Assembly (NCBI GenBank): GCA_031422435.1 | Contig: JANPLU010000134.1 | Location: 1-53,248, forward strand | Reading direction: 5' to 3' | Length of the DNA stretch: 53,248 nucleotides | Source: Acaryochloridaceae cyanobacterium VAR_48_metabat_390 | Lineage (GTDB): Bacteria; Cyanobacteriota; Cyanobacteriia; Thermosynechococcales; Thermosynechococcaceae | Shown: piece by piece, positions 10,411 through 20,789 of the stretch | Layout: each line of letters starts with the position of its first letter | Position numbering within the stretch: the first letter of the stretch is position 1 | Notes under the pieces: generated by a model | What the model saw: only the letters and a program-made list of their open reading frames with translations | The model's database searches: none | What the model was told of the DNA's origin: nothing | Position numbers and translations under genes: made by a program

Positions 10411-10728
10411 AGGATGTTTAGCTGTAAAGCCCAGCAGCGGTTCGTAAAAGTGCGATCGCCACTGTCGAGCAGGTTAGCAAGAGCCACCCCATAATCCTCC
10501 TGCCCTCTGAAAAAACCGTTCTACAGCACTGCTTTGGCTCGTAGACGCCACCCAATGCCCAGGAGATATTAGCCTAACTCCCTCTCAGCCCTCATTCTAA
10601 ATAAGATAGATTTTTATACTGTTATTAACATCTATTATTGTGCTTAAGTTTTGCTGGCACTAGGCATCTTGTAGAGTATTACTAACCCCTCTGCTACAAG
10701 GAACTTTCAGACTAGAGAACAACCTGTG

Positions 10729-10763
10729 ATTGCAACAAGCTCTGGCGTGAAGCTTGTTGCAAT
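10729..10763 (-). terminator. Perfect 13-bp stem hairpin downstream of speA
   Basis: ATTGCAACAAGCT-9 nt-AGCTTGTTGCAAT; no clear U-tract. Confidence 0.55.
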
Positions 10764-10795
10764 TGCTCGACTTTCAAGAGAGCTATTGACCCATG

Positions 10796-12784
10796 TTAGG
10801 GTTTGAGATAAGTATAGCTACCTAAACTTTGTTCATAGTTTTTGAGCAAGAGCTGCGATTCTTGCAGCGTAATTTTGCCTTCTTGGAGCGCTAATTCTGC
10901 CTGATTCCGAATATTTTCGAGCAGATCTTCAGCATCGTACTGCACGTAGCCCAGCACGTCCCGTACCGTGTCGCCTCGTACAACATGCTCAATCTTGTAG
11001 CCCTTGGGCGTCAGACGAATGTGTACCGTATTGGTATCTCCAAACAGATTGTGTAGATTCCCCATAATTTCTTGATAGGCTCCATTGAGGAACATCCCCA
11101 AGTAGTATGGCTCGCCTTTTTTGACGGGATGCAGCTCTAGCAAAGACTTAACATCTTCTTTAAGGTCAATAAACTGAGCAATTTTGCCGTCGCTATCGCA
11201 GGTTAAATCTGCTAAGGTTCCTCGACAGGCAGGCTCTTCATTCAGGCGATGGATCGGCAACACCGGAAAAAGCTGATCGATTGCCCAGCTATCAGGGGCG
11301 GACTGAAACACAGACAGATTGGCGTAATAAATAGAGGCCATGTTCTGTTCGAGAGATTCTAGGTCGTCGGGCACGTACTCTTGCTGACGCGCAATGCCCA
11401 AAATTTTATGGCAGCAGGCCCAGTACAGTCGCTCTGCCCGTGCCCGATCCGTCAGGCTTAGGTAGCCTAAGGTAAATCGGTTGATGGCTTCTTCTTTAAA
11501 CTGAATTGCGTCATTATAGGCTTCTTGATAGTTGTCAACGTCAATCGACTGGTAGGTTTCGTAAAGATTGCGAATGGTCAGTTGCTCATCGGGGCGCAGG
11601 GGTTCTGGCACTTCAAGCACCACTTCGCTGGTGCCTACAATGTCAAACACTAGGACGGATTGATGAGAGGCGATCGCCCGTCCACTTTCGCTAATGAGGG
11701 TGGGCACGGCAATATTGGCAATGGTGCAGGCATCCTTAATTTCTGCCACTACGTCATTGGCGTAGTTCTGCATGTTGTAGTTTTTGGAGGCGTAGAAGTT
11801 GGTTTTAGAGCCGTCATAATCTACGGCAAGGCCACCGCCCACGTCTAGATATCCCATGGGTGCGCCCAGCTTTACCAGTTCCCCATAAATTTGGCTGGCT
11901 TCTTTGAGGGCATCTTTAATCACGCCAATGGAAGAAATTTGAGAGCCAATGTGAAAGTGCAGCAACTGAAGGGAGTTCAGCAGTTCGGCACCCTTGAGTT
12001 TTTCTACAGCCTGAATAATCTCAGGGATGGTGAGGCCAAATTTAGCGCGATCGCCAGCCGAAGTACCCCAGCGCCCTTCGCCCTTGGCGGTCAGCTTTGC
12101 CCGTAAGCCCACCATAGGGGCAATGCCCAGCTTACGGCTACACTCAATCACCAGGTCTACTTCTTCGACCTGTTCTAGAACAATCACGCACTTTTGGCCT
12201 AACCGTTGCGCTAAAATCGCGGCTTCAATATACTCGCTGTCTTTATAGCCGTTGCAGATTAGCAGTGCCCCTGGTGTATCTAGCATCGCCAGAGTAATCA
12301 TTAGCTCTGGTTTAGACCCAGCCTCTAGCCCAAACTGATGCGATTTCCCAAACTTGACGAGATCTTCAACTAAGTGCCGATGCTGATTACACTTGACCGG
12401 AAACACGCCCCGATAGACCCCAGGATAGTTATAGCGAGCGATCGCCTTAGCAAAGCAGGCATTGAGGCGTTCAATCCGGTCTTCTAAAATATCGGCGAAG
12501 CGGATCAGCAGCGGCAGGTGAATCTCCCGCTGTTTGAGGGCATTGACCAAATCGTATAGATCCAGGGAGCCACCGCGATCGCCTTTGGGTGCCACAATGA
12601 CATGCCCTGCTTCATTAACCGAAAAATAGGGTTCTCCCCAGCCACGGATCTGGTAGAGCGCTTCGCTATCTTCTACAGACCAAGGCGCAGTGGGCAATGA
12701 CTCAATTCCTTCAGGTGGATGGGCGCGACCATTAGCTTGTGCCTGAGCAGCCAATGGTTCTCTTTGTTTCGGCTTTGCACCCAT
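10796..12784 (-). CDS. speA: Biosynthetic arginine decarboxylase
   Basis: FPVKCNQ, GLEAGSKPEL, HFHIGSQI, DVGGGL, DLTCDSDG. Confidence 0.97.
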   Translation of the reverse strand: MGAKPKQREPLAAQAQANGRAHPPEGIESLPTAPWSVEDSEALYQIRGWGEPYFSVNEAGHVIVAPKGDRGGSLDLYDLVNALKQREIHLPLLIRFADILEDRIERLNACFAKAIARYNYPGVYRGVFPVKCNQHRHLVEDLVKFGKSHQFGLEAGSKPELMITLAMLDTPGALLICNGYKDSEYIEAAILAQRLGQKCVIVLEQVEEVDLVIECSRKLGIAPMVGLRAKLTAKGEGRWGTSAGDRAKFGLTIPEIIQAVEKLKGAELLNSLQLLHFHIGSQISSIGVIKDALKEASQIYGELVKLGAPMGYLDVGGGLAVDYDGSKTNFYASKNYNMQNYANDVVAEIKDACTIANIAVPTLISESGRAIASHQSVLVFDIVGTSEVVLEVPEPLRPDEQLTIRNLYETYQSIDVDNYQEAYNDAIQFKEEAINRFTLGYLSLTDRARAERLYWACCHKILGIARQQEYVPDDLESLEQNMASIYYANLSVFQSAPDSWAIDQLFPVLPIHRLNEEPACRGTLADLTCDSDGKIAQFIDLKEDVKSLLELHPVKKGEPYYLGMFLNGAYQEIMGNLHNLFGDTNTVHIRLTPKGYKIEHVVRGDTVRDVLGYVQYDAEDLLENIRNQAELALQEGKITLQESQLLLKNYEQSLGSYTYLKP

Positions 12785-12994
12785 CTTTTGTCTTAACCTC
12801 TGACAGCACTAACGCCAGACAGTTTAACGCACTTACCTATCTCGTTGTAAGTGCGATTATTCGCTATCAAGAATTGCTTTAAAATGTGGGTGGGGGATCG
12901 AACCTCCGACATTGTCAGCTAGGGCGACAGGGGAATTAGAGCTGAATTATACTAGCCTAAGTGTGCGTATCATTGTGTGGGCAGCAGCAGCGGC

Positions 12995-13549
12995 ATGGGC
13001 TTTTGGAAAAATTTGTTTAATGGTACAGGCGGTACGGCGATCGCCACGACAGACTCTTCAATGGGAGTGTCCACCCAGGTCATAGGGGAAGCTGCCAACC
13101 CTAGAGCAAAGGCTGGCATTGAGTCCCGCATTACCTTTCGGAAAGACCGCAATATTGATCTCTACGAGCTTGAAGAACTTTGTGATGCGGTCGGGTGGTC
13201 GCGCCGACCGCTACGAAAGGTCAAAAAGGCGATCGAGCATAGCTTTTTAGTCGTGACCATGTGGGAAGTGCGGGGCAACTATCGCCGGATGGTGGGGTTT
13301 TCTCGTGCAACTTCTGACCACGCCTTTAACGCCACTATTTGGGATGTGGTGATTCATCCCGATTTCCAAAGCCGAGGCTTGGGCAAAGCGCTGATGCAAA
13401 ATATAGTGCGAGAGCTACGCCGTGAAGACATTAGCAACATCACCCTCTTTGCTGACCCCCAAGTGGTGAAGTTCTATCAGGGCTTAGGCTTTAAGCCCGA
13501 TCCAGAAGGGATTAAGGGCATGTTTTGGTATCCCAATTCCCGATACTAA
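12995..13549 (+). CDS. Ycf52-like GNAT acetyltransferase
   Basis: [40 protein letters not shown]. Confidence 0.88.
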   Translation: MGFWKNLFNGTGGTAIATTDSSMGVSTQVIGEAANPRAKAGIESRITFRKDRNIDLYELEELCDAVGWSRRPLRKVKKAIEHSFLVVTMWEVRGNYRRMVGFSRATSDHAFNATIWDVVIHPDFQSRGLGKALMQNIVRELRREDISNITLFADPQVVKFYQGLGFKPDPEGIKGMFWYPNSRY

Positions 13550-13630
13550 AGCGCGGGTTAAAGGTAATTCTAAAAAAAGGCTGGCTGAGGACTCTTGAGT
13601 GGGTTATAATTATTAAGCATTAAGGTGCAA

Positions 13631-13704
13631 CGGGATGTAGCGCAGCTTGGTAGCGCGCCTGCTTTGGGAGCAGGATGTCGCAGGTTCGAATCCTGTCATC
13701 CCGA
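13631..13704 (+). tRNA. tRNA-Pro(UGG)
   Basis: Cloverleaf CGGGATG...CATCCCG-A; anticodon arm CCTGC-TT TGG GA-GCAGG; T-loop TTCGAAT. Confidence 0.97.
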
Positions 13705-13728
13705 TTTTGAAATATGTTACTTCATATT

Positions 13729-14403
13729 TTAGGTTGGCTTTGAAAGCTGACTTAAAATATTTGCGGCAGGAGCCGTCCAGCCCACAATGCCGCCCTGTGC
13801 CCGTACCATTTCTAGCGTGGCCTGCTTAAATTCAGGAAAGTAGCTTTCGGTTGCATCTTCTACCATCAAGCACTCAAACCCACGATCATTCGCCTCGCGC
13901 ATCGTAGTCTGCACACAGACTTCGGTGGTGACGCCCGTAATGAGTAAGTGGGTAATGCCCTTCTCGTGGAGCAGCGCCTCTAGGTTCGTGCGGCAAAAAG
14001 CACCTTTGCCTGGTTTTTCAATCACCGTCTCTCCTAGGATAGGCGCTAATTCTGGAATAATGCCGTTCCCTGGTTCCCCGACGACCAGTATTCGACCCAT
14101 GGGGCCGCGATCTCCAATCTTCAGACCCTCCCCACCCCGATGCAGCTTAGAGGGTGGACAGTCGGAGAGATCGGGGCGATGGCACTCAATGGTATGGAAC
14201 ACAGGCAGTCCATTGGCGCGAAAGGCATCGAGGAGCTGTTTGAGGGTGGGCACGATCGCCTGAAGCAGCGCCACGTTGTTACCCAAAGCATCGCCAAAGC
14301 CCCCTGGCTCCATAAAGTCGCGCTGCATGTCGATAATAATGAGCGCCAAGCGACCAGGGGCAGGCAGCTCGTAATCGTAGGGTTGGGCAGAGACTAAGAC
14401 CAT
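13729..14403 (-). CDS. trtA: Cysteine hydrolase (isochorismatase family), triuret hydrolase-type
   Basis: [30 protein letters not shown] and QGGI match the residues recalled as distinguishing TrtA from BiuH. Confidence 0.75.
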   Translation of the reverse strand: MVLVSAQPYDYELPAPGRLALIIIDMQRDFMEPGGFGDALGNNVALLQAIVPTLKQLLDAFRANGLPVFHTIECHRPDLSDCPPSKLHRGGEGLKIGDRGPMGRILVVGEPGNGIIPELAPILGETVIEKPGKGAFCRTNLEALLHEKGITHLLITGVTTEVCVQTTMREANDRGFECLMVEDATESYFPEFKQATLEMVRAQGGIVGWTAPAANILSQLSKPT

Positions 14404-14744
14404 AGCTCAACAGGTTTCTCCCAAATGGCAAGGACAATACAGCCCGTGGCGCTGGCGACGCTGTGGCTGGTTTGGGGCGGATTAATCACGAGGGTTCCGG
14501 CTTCGTGGGTGCCGTTGATATCCGTTTGAGAGCCAGACAGCACAAAAATATGCTCAAACCCAGGATGACCGTGGGTGGGCACACTGGCTCCCGGTTGGTA
14601 GCGCAGTAGCGCAGCCGACGAACCCTGCGTACCGTCTTCATAGAGGCGATAGATTTCGACCCCCTCGCGGAAGGGCTGCCAGGGGAAGTCATCCAGGCGA
14701 TCGCCCAGCTTGAGCAAATCCTTGAGAATCAGGGCGCTTTCCAT
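14394..14744 (-). CDS. ChrR-like cupin protein
   Basis: [27 protein letters not shown]...NPPQTSHSV. Confidence 0.85.
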   Translation of the reverse strand: MESALILKDLLKLGDRLDDFPWQPFREGVEIYRLYEDGTQGSSAALLRYQPGASVPTHGHPGFEHIFVLSGSQTDINGTHEAGTLVINPPQTSHSVASATGCIVLAIWEKPVELWS

Positions 14745-16291
14745 TAGTGACCCGCCATACTGCGACCAATCGTGGCAAAATCAGCATCGGCGATCGCACT
14801 TTTGTAAGAAAACTTCCCTTCGCTAATCACCAAAATCCGATCTGAGAGCTTGAGCAGTTCGTCAAGGTCTTCACTTACCAGTAAAACCGCCACTCCTCGG
14901 TTGCGCGCCTCTACAATCTGACCGTGGATATACTCTACCGCCGCAAAATCCAGCCCAAAGCAGGGGTTTGCCGCAATTAAAAGCTGAATGTGGTTTGAAG
15001 ACAGTTCCCGTGCCAACACCGTCCGCTGGACGTTCCCCCCTGATAAATTGCCCACGGGGGTTTCTGGGGACGGCGTTTTGATTTTGAACGTGGTAATGAG
15101 TCCTGTCGCCATCTCTCGAATCGCCTTCAAGATCAAGAAAATGCCGCCCTTCGCCTGAGGGGGACGGTCAAAAGTCCGAAGCGCCAGGTTTTCCGCAACG
15201 CTCATGTGAGCGACACAGGCGTTACGCAGGGGTTCTTCTGGCAGGGTAAAGACCTTATGGCGATACATTTCCGCGCGAGTTGCGCTATAGGGTTCGCCAT
15301 TGACCAGCACCTGCCCCCCCGTGGAGGGGCGCTGCCCTGCCAACACTTCCACCAGTTCCCGCTGCCCGTTGCCAGAAATCCCTGCGATGCCAATAATGGA
15401 GCCGCTGGGCACCTGAAGATTGATGCCCGTCAGCGCCTCTACACCATTGTCTTTCTCGGCGCGAAGATCTTTGACCTCTAGCACCACCTTGGGTTCTGGA
15501 TGCGCTACTTTCTCGACCTGCTTAGGTTCGCGGCGCTCGCCCATCATCATCTCGGACATATCGGCAATAGACATATCTTTGACGACCCCACGCCCTGCAA
15601 AAGCGCCCTTCCGCAGCACGGTTATCTCGTCACAAAAAGCGGTCACCTCACGGAATTTGTGGCTGATAATCAAAACGCTGAGGCGCTTGGCAGTGACGGC
15701 CTCTCGCAGTAGCCCCAGCACCTCGTCGGCCTCTTGGGGCGTAAGGACAGAGGTAGGTTCATCCAAAATCAAAATCCGCACCTTAAGGTAAATCTGCTTT
15801 AAAATCTCTAGCTTTTGCTTTTGCCCTGCCGCAAGCTGGGCGATGGGCATATCCAGGGGCACTTTGAAAGGAGCCTGAGCCATAAAGGCATTGAGGTCTG
15901 CGTACTCCTGTTTCCAGTTAATCAGGTTCGTATTTTCAAACCGAGACAGCACCAGATTTTCCGCCACGGTCATAGCGGGGACTGACGTGAAGTGCTGATA
16001 CACCATGCCAATGCCGTACTGATGAGCGTCTTTTGGGCTGGCGATTTCACGGGAATGCTGATCAATGAGGACGTCCCCATGATCGGGGGTGTAAAACCCC
16101 ATAATGCATTTCACGAGGGTACTTTTGCCTGCACCGTTTTCACCCAGCAGGGCGTGGAAGGTTCCAGGCTTGAGGTGCATCGAAACATTATCTAAAGCAG
16201 TGAGGCTGCCAAACCGTTTGGTCATGTTCACGATTTCAAGGTCTGGCGGTTGCGTAATTTCCATTTGGAGATCGGCGGTGGCGGTGGTCAT
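14744..16291 (-). CDS. ABC transporter ATP-binding protein, double-domain CUT2/nucleoside type
   Basis: GENGAGKSTL, LDEPTSVL, LSGGNVQ. Confidence 0.93.
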   Translation of the reverse strand: MTTATADLQMEITQPPDLEIVNMTKRFGSLTALDNVSMHLKPGTFHALLGENGAGKSTLVKCIMGFYTPDHGDVLIDQHSREIASPKDAHQYGIGMVYQHFTSVPAMTVAENLVLSRFENTNLINWKQEYADLNAFMAQAPFKVPLDMPIAQLAAGQKQKLEILKQIYLKVRILILDEPTSVLTPQEADEVLGLLREAVTAKRLSVLIISHKFREVTAFCDEITVLRKGAFAGRGVVKDMSIADMSEMMMGERREPKQVEKVAHPEPKVVLEVKDLRAEKDNGVEALTGINLQVPSGSIIGIAGISGNGQRELVEVLAGQRPSTGGQVLVNGEPYSATRAEMYRHKVFTLPEEPLRNACVAHMSVAENLALRTFDRPPQAKGGIFLILKAIREMATGLITTFKIKTPSPETPVGNLSGGNVQRTVLARELSSNHIQLLIAANPCFGLDFAAVEYIHGQIVEARNRGVAVLLVSEDLDELLKLSDRILVISEGKFSYKSAIADADFATIGRSMAGH

Positions 16292-16326
16292 GGGTTTTCT
16301 ACAGTGGGTTTAATTCAAATTGCAGG

Positions 16327-17046
16327 TCACAAAGCGGGTTGCGGAATTTTGGATAAAGACGGGATATCTTGAATGGTGGCGAGGAAGGCGGCAGAGTCCG
16401 CCACGGCACCGAATACGCCCCCCTGCATCTGAATCATGCTGAGGGCGGCAAGGTGGTTGCCGTGATCCGTTGCGCCTGTGCAGTCCGACAGCATTAGGCA
16501 TTCATAGCCGCGATCATTGGCATCGCGCATGGTGGTGTGAACGCAGACGTCAGTAGTAATGCCCGTCAACACAATATTTTGGATGCCCTTGAGTCGAAGC
16601 AAAAGGTCTAAATCTGTGGCGTAAAAAGAGCCTTTCCCAGGCTTATCAATAATGGGTTCACCCGGTAGGGGAGCAAGATCTGGAATAATGTCCCACCCTG
16701 GCTCACCACGCACTAAAATTTTGCCGCAGGGACCAGGGTCGCCAATGCCTGCCCCAATTTGCTGCGATCGCCACCGTTTATTGCGCGGCAAGTCTGCCAA
16801 GTCCGGTCGATGACCTTCACGGGTATGGATAATGTAAAATCCGCGATCGCGCATTGCCGCCAGCAGTTTTTTGATCGGCTCAATGGGGGCGCGGGTCAGA
16901 GAAAGGTCATAGCCCATGCGGTCTACATACCCCCCAATGCCGCAGAAATCGGTCTGCATATCAATGATGATGAGCGCCGTATTATCGGGGCGCAGCTCGC
17001 CATTATAGGGATAAGGGTAAGGGCTTGATTGGACAAAGCGATTCAT
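16327..17046 (-). CDS. biuH: Biuret hydrolase (isochorismatase-family cysteine hydrolase)
   Basis: IDMQTDFCGIGGYVDRMGYDL, TTDVC, GATD, MQGGVFG; AAGGAGG RBS before the ATG at 17046. Confidence 0.8.
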   Translation of the reverse strand: MNRFVQSSPYPYPYNGELRPDNTALIIIDMQTDFCGIGGYVDRMGYDLSLTRAPIEPIKKLLAAMRDRGFYIIHTREGHRPDLADLPRNKRWRSQQIGAGIGDPGPCGKILVRGEPGWDIIPDLAPLPGEPIIDKPGKGSFYATDLDLLLRLKGIQNIVLTGITTDVCVHTTMRDANDRGYECLMLSDCTGATDHGNHLAALSMIQMQGGVFGAVADSAAFLATIQDIPSLSKIPQPAL

Positions 17047-17050
17047 GGGA

Positions 17051-17458
17051 TTAGCCTCCTTTAGCACTTAAGACAGGGGATTTTGAGTCCATATAGGCAC
17101 GCCAGCCGCCCCATTTCGTAATTTCAAGCTGGTGTTCGCAAAGGATGGGTTCGCCCAAAACACCCAACACCACTTCGCCATCATCCAGACGAACCTTCCC
17201 AATGCTCAATCCTGGTGGCTCCTGCCAAAGCAGCGTCCCTAAACCAGCAGATGGGACCTGCCAGAGTTCGACGGTGATCGCCACGCCCCCCTTTTGCACC
17301 CGCACCATCGCCGGATGAACATCCCCAATTGACCACAGCCGATAGGCCGAATCCGTCATGGCCTCACGCAAAAACGTAGCGCCAATCCCAACTAAATTTG
17401 GGTTAAGCGCCAACCCGCGCATCAGCGTCCCGTTTACCGCCAAGTTCACAACATCCAT
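17051..17458 (-). CDS. Stand-alone allophanate hydrolase C-terminal domain (gamma-glutamylcyclotransferase-like fold)
   Basis: LAVNGTLMRGLALN, YRLWSI, PPGLSIGKVRL, ITKWGGWRAY; start moved to internal Met to avoid overlap with the permease. Confidence 0.8.
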   Translation of the reverse strand: MDVVNLAVNGTLMRGLALNPNLVGIGATFLREAMTDSAYRLWSIGDVHPAMVRVQKGGVAITVELWQVPSAGLGTLLWQEPPGLSIGKVRLDDGEVVLGVLGEPILCEHQLEITKWGGWRAYMDSKSPVLSAKGG

Positions 17459-17516
17459 TCCAACCCCCTTGTAGAGGCGCACAACCCTTGCGCCTTCCGC
17501 CTCCAAAACCTCTAAG

Positions 17517-18452
17517 CTAACTGCCCGAACCCAACGCCCCTGGCGCACCCGAAATCGTTCGCGTGGGCGAACATGTCAAAATCATAATTCCTAGCGTCAA
17601 AATGTAGGGTGCCGCATTAAACAGATAGTAGCCCTGGGTAATGCCCACCGACTGAAGCGCTGGACCAAATGCCTGCGCCCCGCCAAACAGCAAAGACGCA
17701 TACAAACACTGCATCGGCTGCCAACGGGCAAAAATCACGAGCGCCACTGCCATTAACCCCTGCCCCGTCGAGATCCTTTCGCTCCAGATGCCAGGGTAAT
17801 AAAGTGACAAAGACGCGCCGCCAATTCCTGCTAAAAAGCTACCCGCAATAATCGACAGCATCCGCACCTTTTTAATGGAAACTCCCATCGCCAAGGCCGC
17901 ATCGGGGCTATCCCCCACCGCGCGGATAAACAAACCCCAGCGGGTTGACTTAAAAAACCAGGTCATCGTGGGCGCTAAAGCCACGCCCAGCAAAAATAGA
18001 GGGCTAATTCTCAGTGCCTCTTGCAGCGATGAAATATTGCTCCAGCCGCCCAAATCAAAGGTCGGTAGCTGAGGCGCTGAGGGCTGAATAAACGGCTTAC
18101 CTAAGAAAAACGCAATGCCGCTGCCAAAGATAATCATGGCAATGCCAACCGCCACGTCGTTCACCTTCGGTTGCTGCGTCAGCCAAGCGTGAATGAATCC
18201 CAAGACCATCCCCGCTACCCCCGCCATCAATACGCCCAACCACGGTGAACCACTTAGGTAAGAAATGGCGTAGGCGCTCATGGCTCCGGTCAGCAACGTC
18301 CCTTCTAAACCAAGGTTAATTTTGCCGCTTTTCTCGGTCAGGCATTCCCCTAAGCTCACAAAGAGAAACGGCGTACCGCCTCTCATGGTGCCAGCGGCGA
18401 TCGCCAACGGGACACCCCACCAACCCACAGTCTCTGCTGCCATCGAATCCAC
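17517..18452 (-). CDS. ABC transporter permease
   Basis: EKSGKINLGLEG, RAVGDSPDAA, multiple TM helices. Confidence 0.92.
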   Translation of the reverse strand: MDSMAAETVGWWGVPLAIAAGTMRGGTPFLFVSLGECLTEKSGKINLGLEGTLLTGAMSAYAISYLSGSPWLGVLMAGVAGMVLGFIHAWLTQQPKVNDVAVGIAMIIFGSGIAFFLGKPFIQPSAPQLPTFDLGGWSNISSLQEALRISPLFLLGVALAPTMTWFFKSTRWGLFIRAVGDSPDAALAMGVSIKKVRMLSIIAGSFLAGIGGASLSLYYPGIWSERISTGQGLMAVALVIFARWQPMQCLYASLLFGGAQAFGPALQSVGITQGYYLFNAAPYILTLGIMILTCSPTRTISGAPGALGSGS

Positions 18453-18473
18453 TCCATTTTGTAAACAATCGGG

Positions 18474-19574
18474 TTAGACCACTGCCGCTGGCTGACGTGT
18501 CGGCTTAATTTCAGACCGCTCTTTGAAAATCGCTAAGCGACTGTAGAGAGATTCGCTATACATCACTACCAAAAAGACCAGCCCTTGAAACACCAATACC
18601 GTCGCATCCGGTAGATTATGTACCCGCTGTAAAATGCCGCCGCTCGCCAAAATACCCCCCAGCAAAACCGCAACAACGGTGGCAGCAAGAGGGTTATAGC
18701 GAGCGATAAAAGCGACCAAAATGCCGCTATAGCCATACCCTGCGTTTAGCGACTCATTGGCACGACCATGCACTGCCGCCACTTCCACCATGCCAGCCAG
18801 CCCAGCACAAGAGCCTGCCAGAAAGCAAATCGCCATCGTCAGCTTGCCCACGGGCAACCCCGCAATCCGAGCTGCACGAATGTTGCCGCCAGCCGTCCGT
18901 GCCGCAAACCCGAAGGTGGTGCGCTGGATTAAGACATAGGCAATCACGCAGGCCACAATGCCGTAAATTAGGCCGTAATGAATGCGCGTCCCAGGCAACA
19001 CCCCCAACATATCTACAGCCGGAATCGGGAAACTTGAGGGTTTATTGAGAGAGCTAGGGTCTTTCATAGGGCCGTTGACCAAGTGGTTAAGGAAGGCGAT
19101 CGCAATGTAGTTCATCAACAAACTGCTGATGGTTTCATTCACGCCACGATAGTGTCTAAGGGCACCCACCGCTCCAATCCAAAGCCCACCAAATAGTAGT
19201 CCTGCTAAGGCCATCCCAATCTGAACCACCAGCGGAGGAGCATTGCCGCCTAAGCCTAAGCCCACAATAATTGCGCCAATACCGCCCATCACCAGCGCCC
19301 CTTCATTGCCAATAATGACCAGCCCTAACCGAGCAGGCAAAGCCGTACAGAGCGCCGTCAACATCAATGGCGCTGCGCGAATGAGGGTATTTTGAAACGA
19401 GCGCCAATTTCCAAAGGCAGCCTTGTGAATAGAGGCATACACTTCAAACGGGTTTGCCCCTGCCACCGAACAAAAAATGCCAAACAAAACGAGTGAGAAT
19501 AAAATGGCTCCGACTGGCAAACAAATAGACTCAAGGGTTTTGCCCCAGTGTTGACGGCGCGGTGACTGCATCAC
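18474..19574 (-). CDS. ABC transporter permease
   Basis: IGNEG, NETISSLLMNY, GYGYSGILVA. Confidence 0.92.
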   Translation of the reverse strand: MMQSPRRQHWGKTLESICLPVGAILFSLVLFGIFCSVAGANPFEVYASIHKAAFGNWRSFQNTLIRAAPLMLTALCTALPARLGLVIIGNEGALVMGGIGAIIVGLGLGGNAPPLVVQIGMALAGLLFGGLWIGAVGALRHYRGVNETISSLLMNYIAIAFLNHLVNGPMKDPSSLNKPSSFPIPAVDMLGVLPGTRIHYGLIYGIVACVIAYVLIQRTTFGFAARTAGGNIRAARIAGLPVGKLTMAICFLAGSCAGLAGMVEVAAVHGRANESLNAGYGYSGILVAFIARYNPLAATVVAVLLGGILASGGILQRVHNLPDATVLVFQGLVFLVVMYSESLYSRLAIFKERSEIKPTRQPAAVV

Positions 19575-19577
19575 GAG

Positions 19578-20789
19578 TTATCCTCCTACTTTGCCCAAAG
19601 CACCTGCGACCAACCAATCCATCTTGTCGAGCGCGGGGTCAGTAATTTTCAAATCTTTCCCAGCCGCAATAATAGATTTACCGTCATTGTCTTTAATCTC
19701 CCCCTCATAGACAGACAGACTGCCATCTACCAGCTTTGCCTGAGCTGCATCAGCATCTTTTTTAGTGGCATCACTAACCGCAGCTCCGTAGGGAGCCAGC
19801 TTCACAAATTTCTCTTTCAAACCGCCTCGGGTTAGGTGAGGAATACTCCCATCCATCAGTTTTTTACCCGATTTAATTTGCTCAACATACTGGGTATAGA
19901 CACTAGGGAAATCCCAGGCTGTCCCTGTCAGGTAGCCTTTGGGTGCCAGACTAGACTGCACCGCATGGAACCCACTGGAGTAAATGCCGCGCTTTTCGGC
20001 AGTTTCAATCACCACCTTGGGGCTATCGACGTGCATACTAATCACGTCAACACCCTGATCTGCCAAACTATTGGTGGCTTCTGCTTCTTTGACAGGCAGT
20101 GACCAATCCCCTGTAAAAATGACCTGCACTTTGATGTCAGGCTTGACGCTGCGTGCGCCTAAAACAAAGCTATTGAGGTTACGCAAGACAGGGGTGATCG
20201 GCTTAGCGGCAACAAAACCAAGCTTCCCTTTTTTTGACGTTTGCGCTGCGACTCTGCCTGCTACATATTGCCCTTCGTCTACATCTCCAAAAAAGCTGCC
20301 GATATTTTTAGGGGTTTTGCCTTCTTGGTAGAGGGCACCAAAGTGGAAAAATTGCACCTCTGGAAACTCGCCTGCAATCTTCACGATATGGGGGTCAAAA
20401 TAGCCGAAAGAGGTGGGAACCAAAACCGTTGCGCCATCTTGCTCAATCATGTTGCGCATGGCTTCTTGGACTTCGGTGGTTTCTGGCACGTTGGCCTGCT
20501 CGACAATTTTGACCCCTGGTAGTTTGGCGATCGCCGCTGCGCCTTCTGCATGAGCCTGGTTAAAGCCAAAGTCATCCTTAGAGCCGACATAAATAAACCC
20601 AACCACTAGCGGCTTGTCTCCGCCGCTGCCGCTGCCGCTGCCCCCTGTCTCCGCACCCGTCTTGCCAGCATCAGATTCTGGCGCAGAGCTACAGCCTACC
20701 AGTCGAGAAGTTACGCCAAATGCTGTTGTGGCTAAAAGCCCTCGGATTACCTGGCGACGAGGCAAATAAAGAGATCGTCTTGTAGACAC
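19578..20789 (-). CDS. BMP-family ABC substrate-binding lipoprotein with Tat-like signal
   Basis: RRQVI...LVGC lipobox; FIYVGSKDDFGFNQAH. Confidence 0.9.
   Translation of the reverse strand: MSTRRSLYLPRRQVIRGLLATTAFGVTSRLVGCSSAPESDAGKTGAETGGSGSGSGGDKPLVVGFIYVGSKDDFGFNQAHAEGAAAIAKLPGVKIVEQANVPETTEVQEAMRNMIEQDGATVLVPTSFGYFDPHIVKIAGEFPEVQFFHFGALYQEGKTPKNIGSFFGDVDEGQYVAGRVAAQTSKKGKLGFVAAKPITPVLRNLNSFVLGARSVKPDIKVQVIFTGDWSLPVKEAEATNSLADQGVDVISMHVDSPKVVIETAEKRGIYSSGFHAVQSSLAPKGYLTGTAWDFPSVYTQYVEQIKSGKKLMDGSIPHLTRGGLKEKFVKLAPYGAAVSDATKKDADAAQAKLVDGSLSVYEGEIKDNDGKSIIAAGKDLKITDPALDKMDWLVAGALGKVGG

Noticed and set aside
12885..12912. T-arm-like sequence GTCGGAGGTTCGATCCCCCACCCAC on the minus strand upstream of speA
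   Set aside because: The T-stem is mismatched and no D-arm, anticodon arm or acceptor stem can be folded; not supportable as a tRNA or att site
13647..13829. 60-aa ORF starting MVARLLWEQDVAGSNP
   Set aside because: Translation of the tRNA-Pro gene
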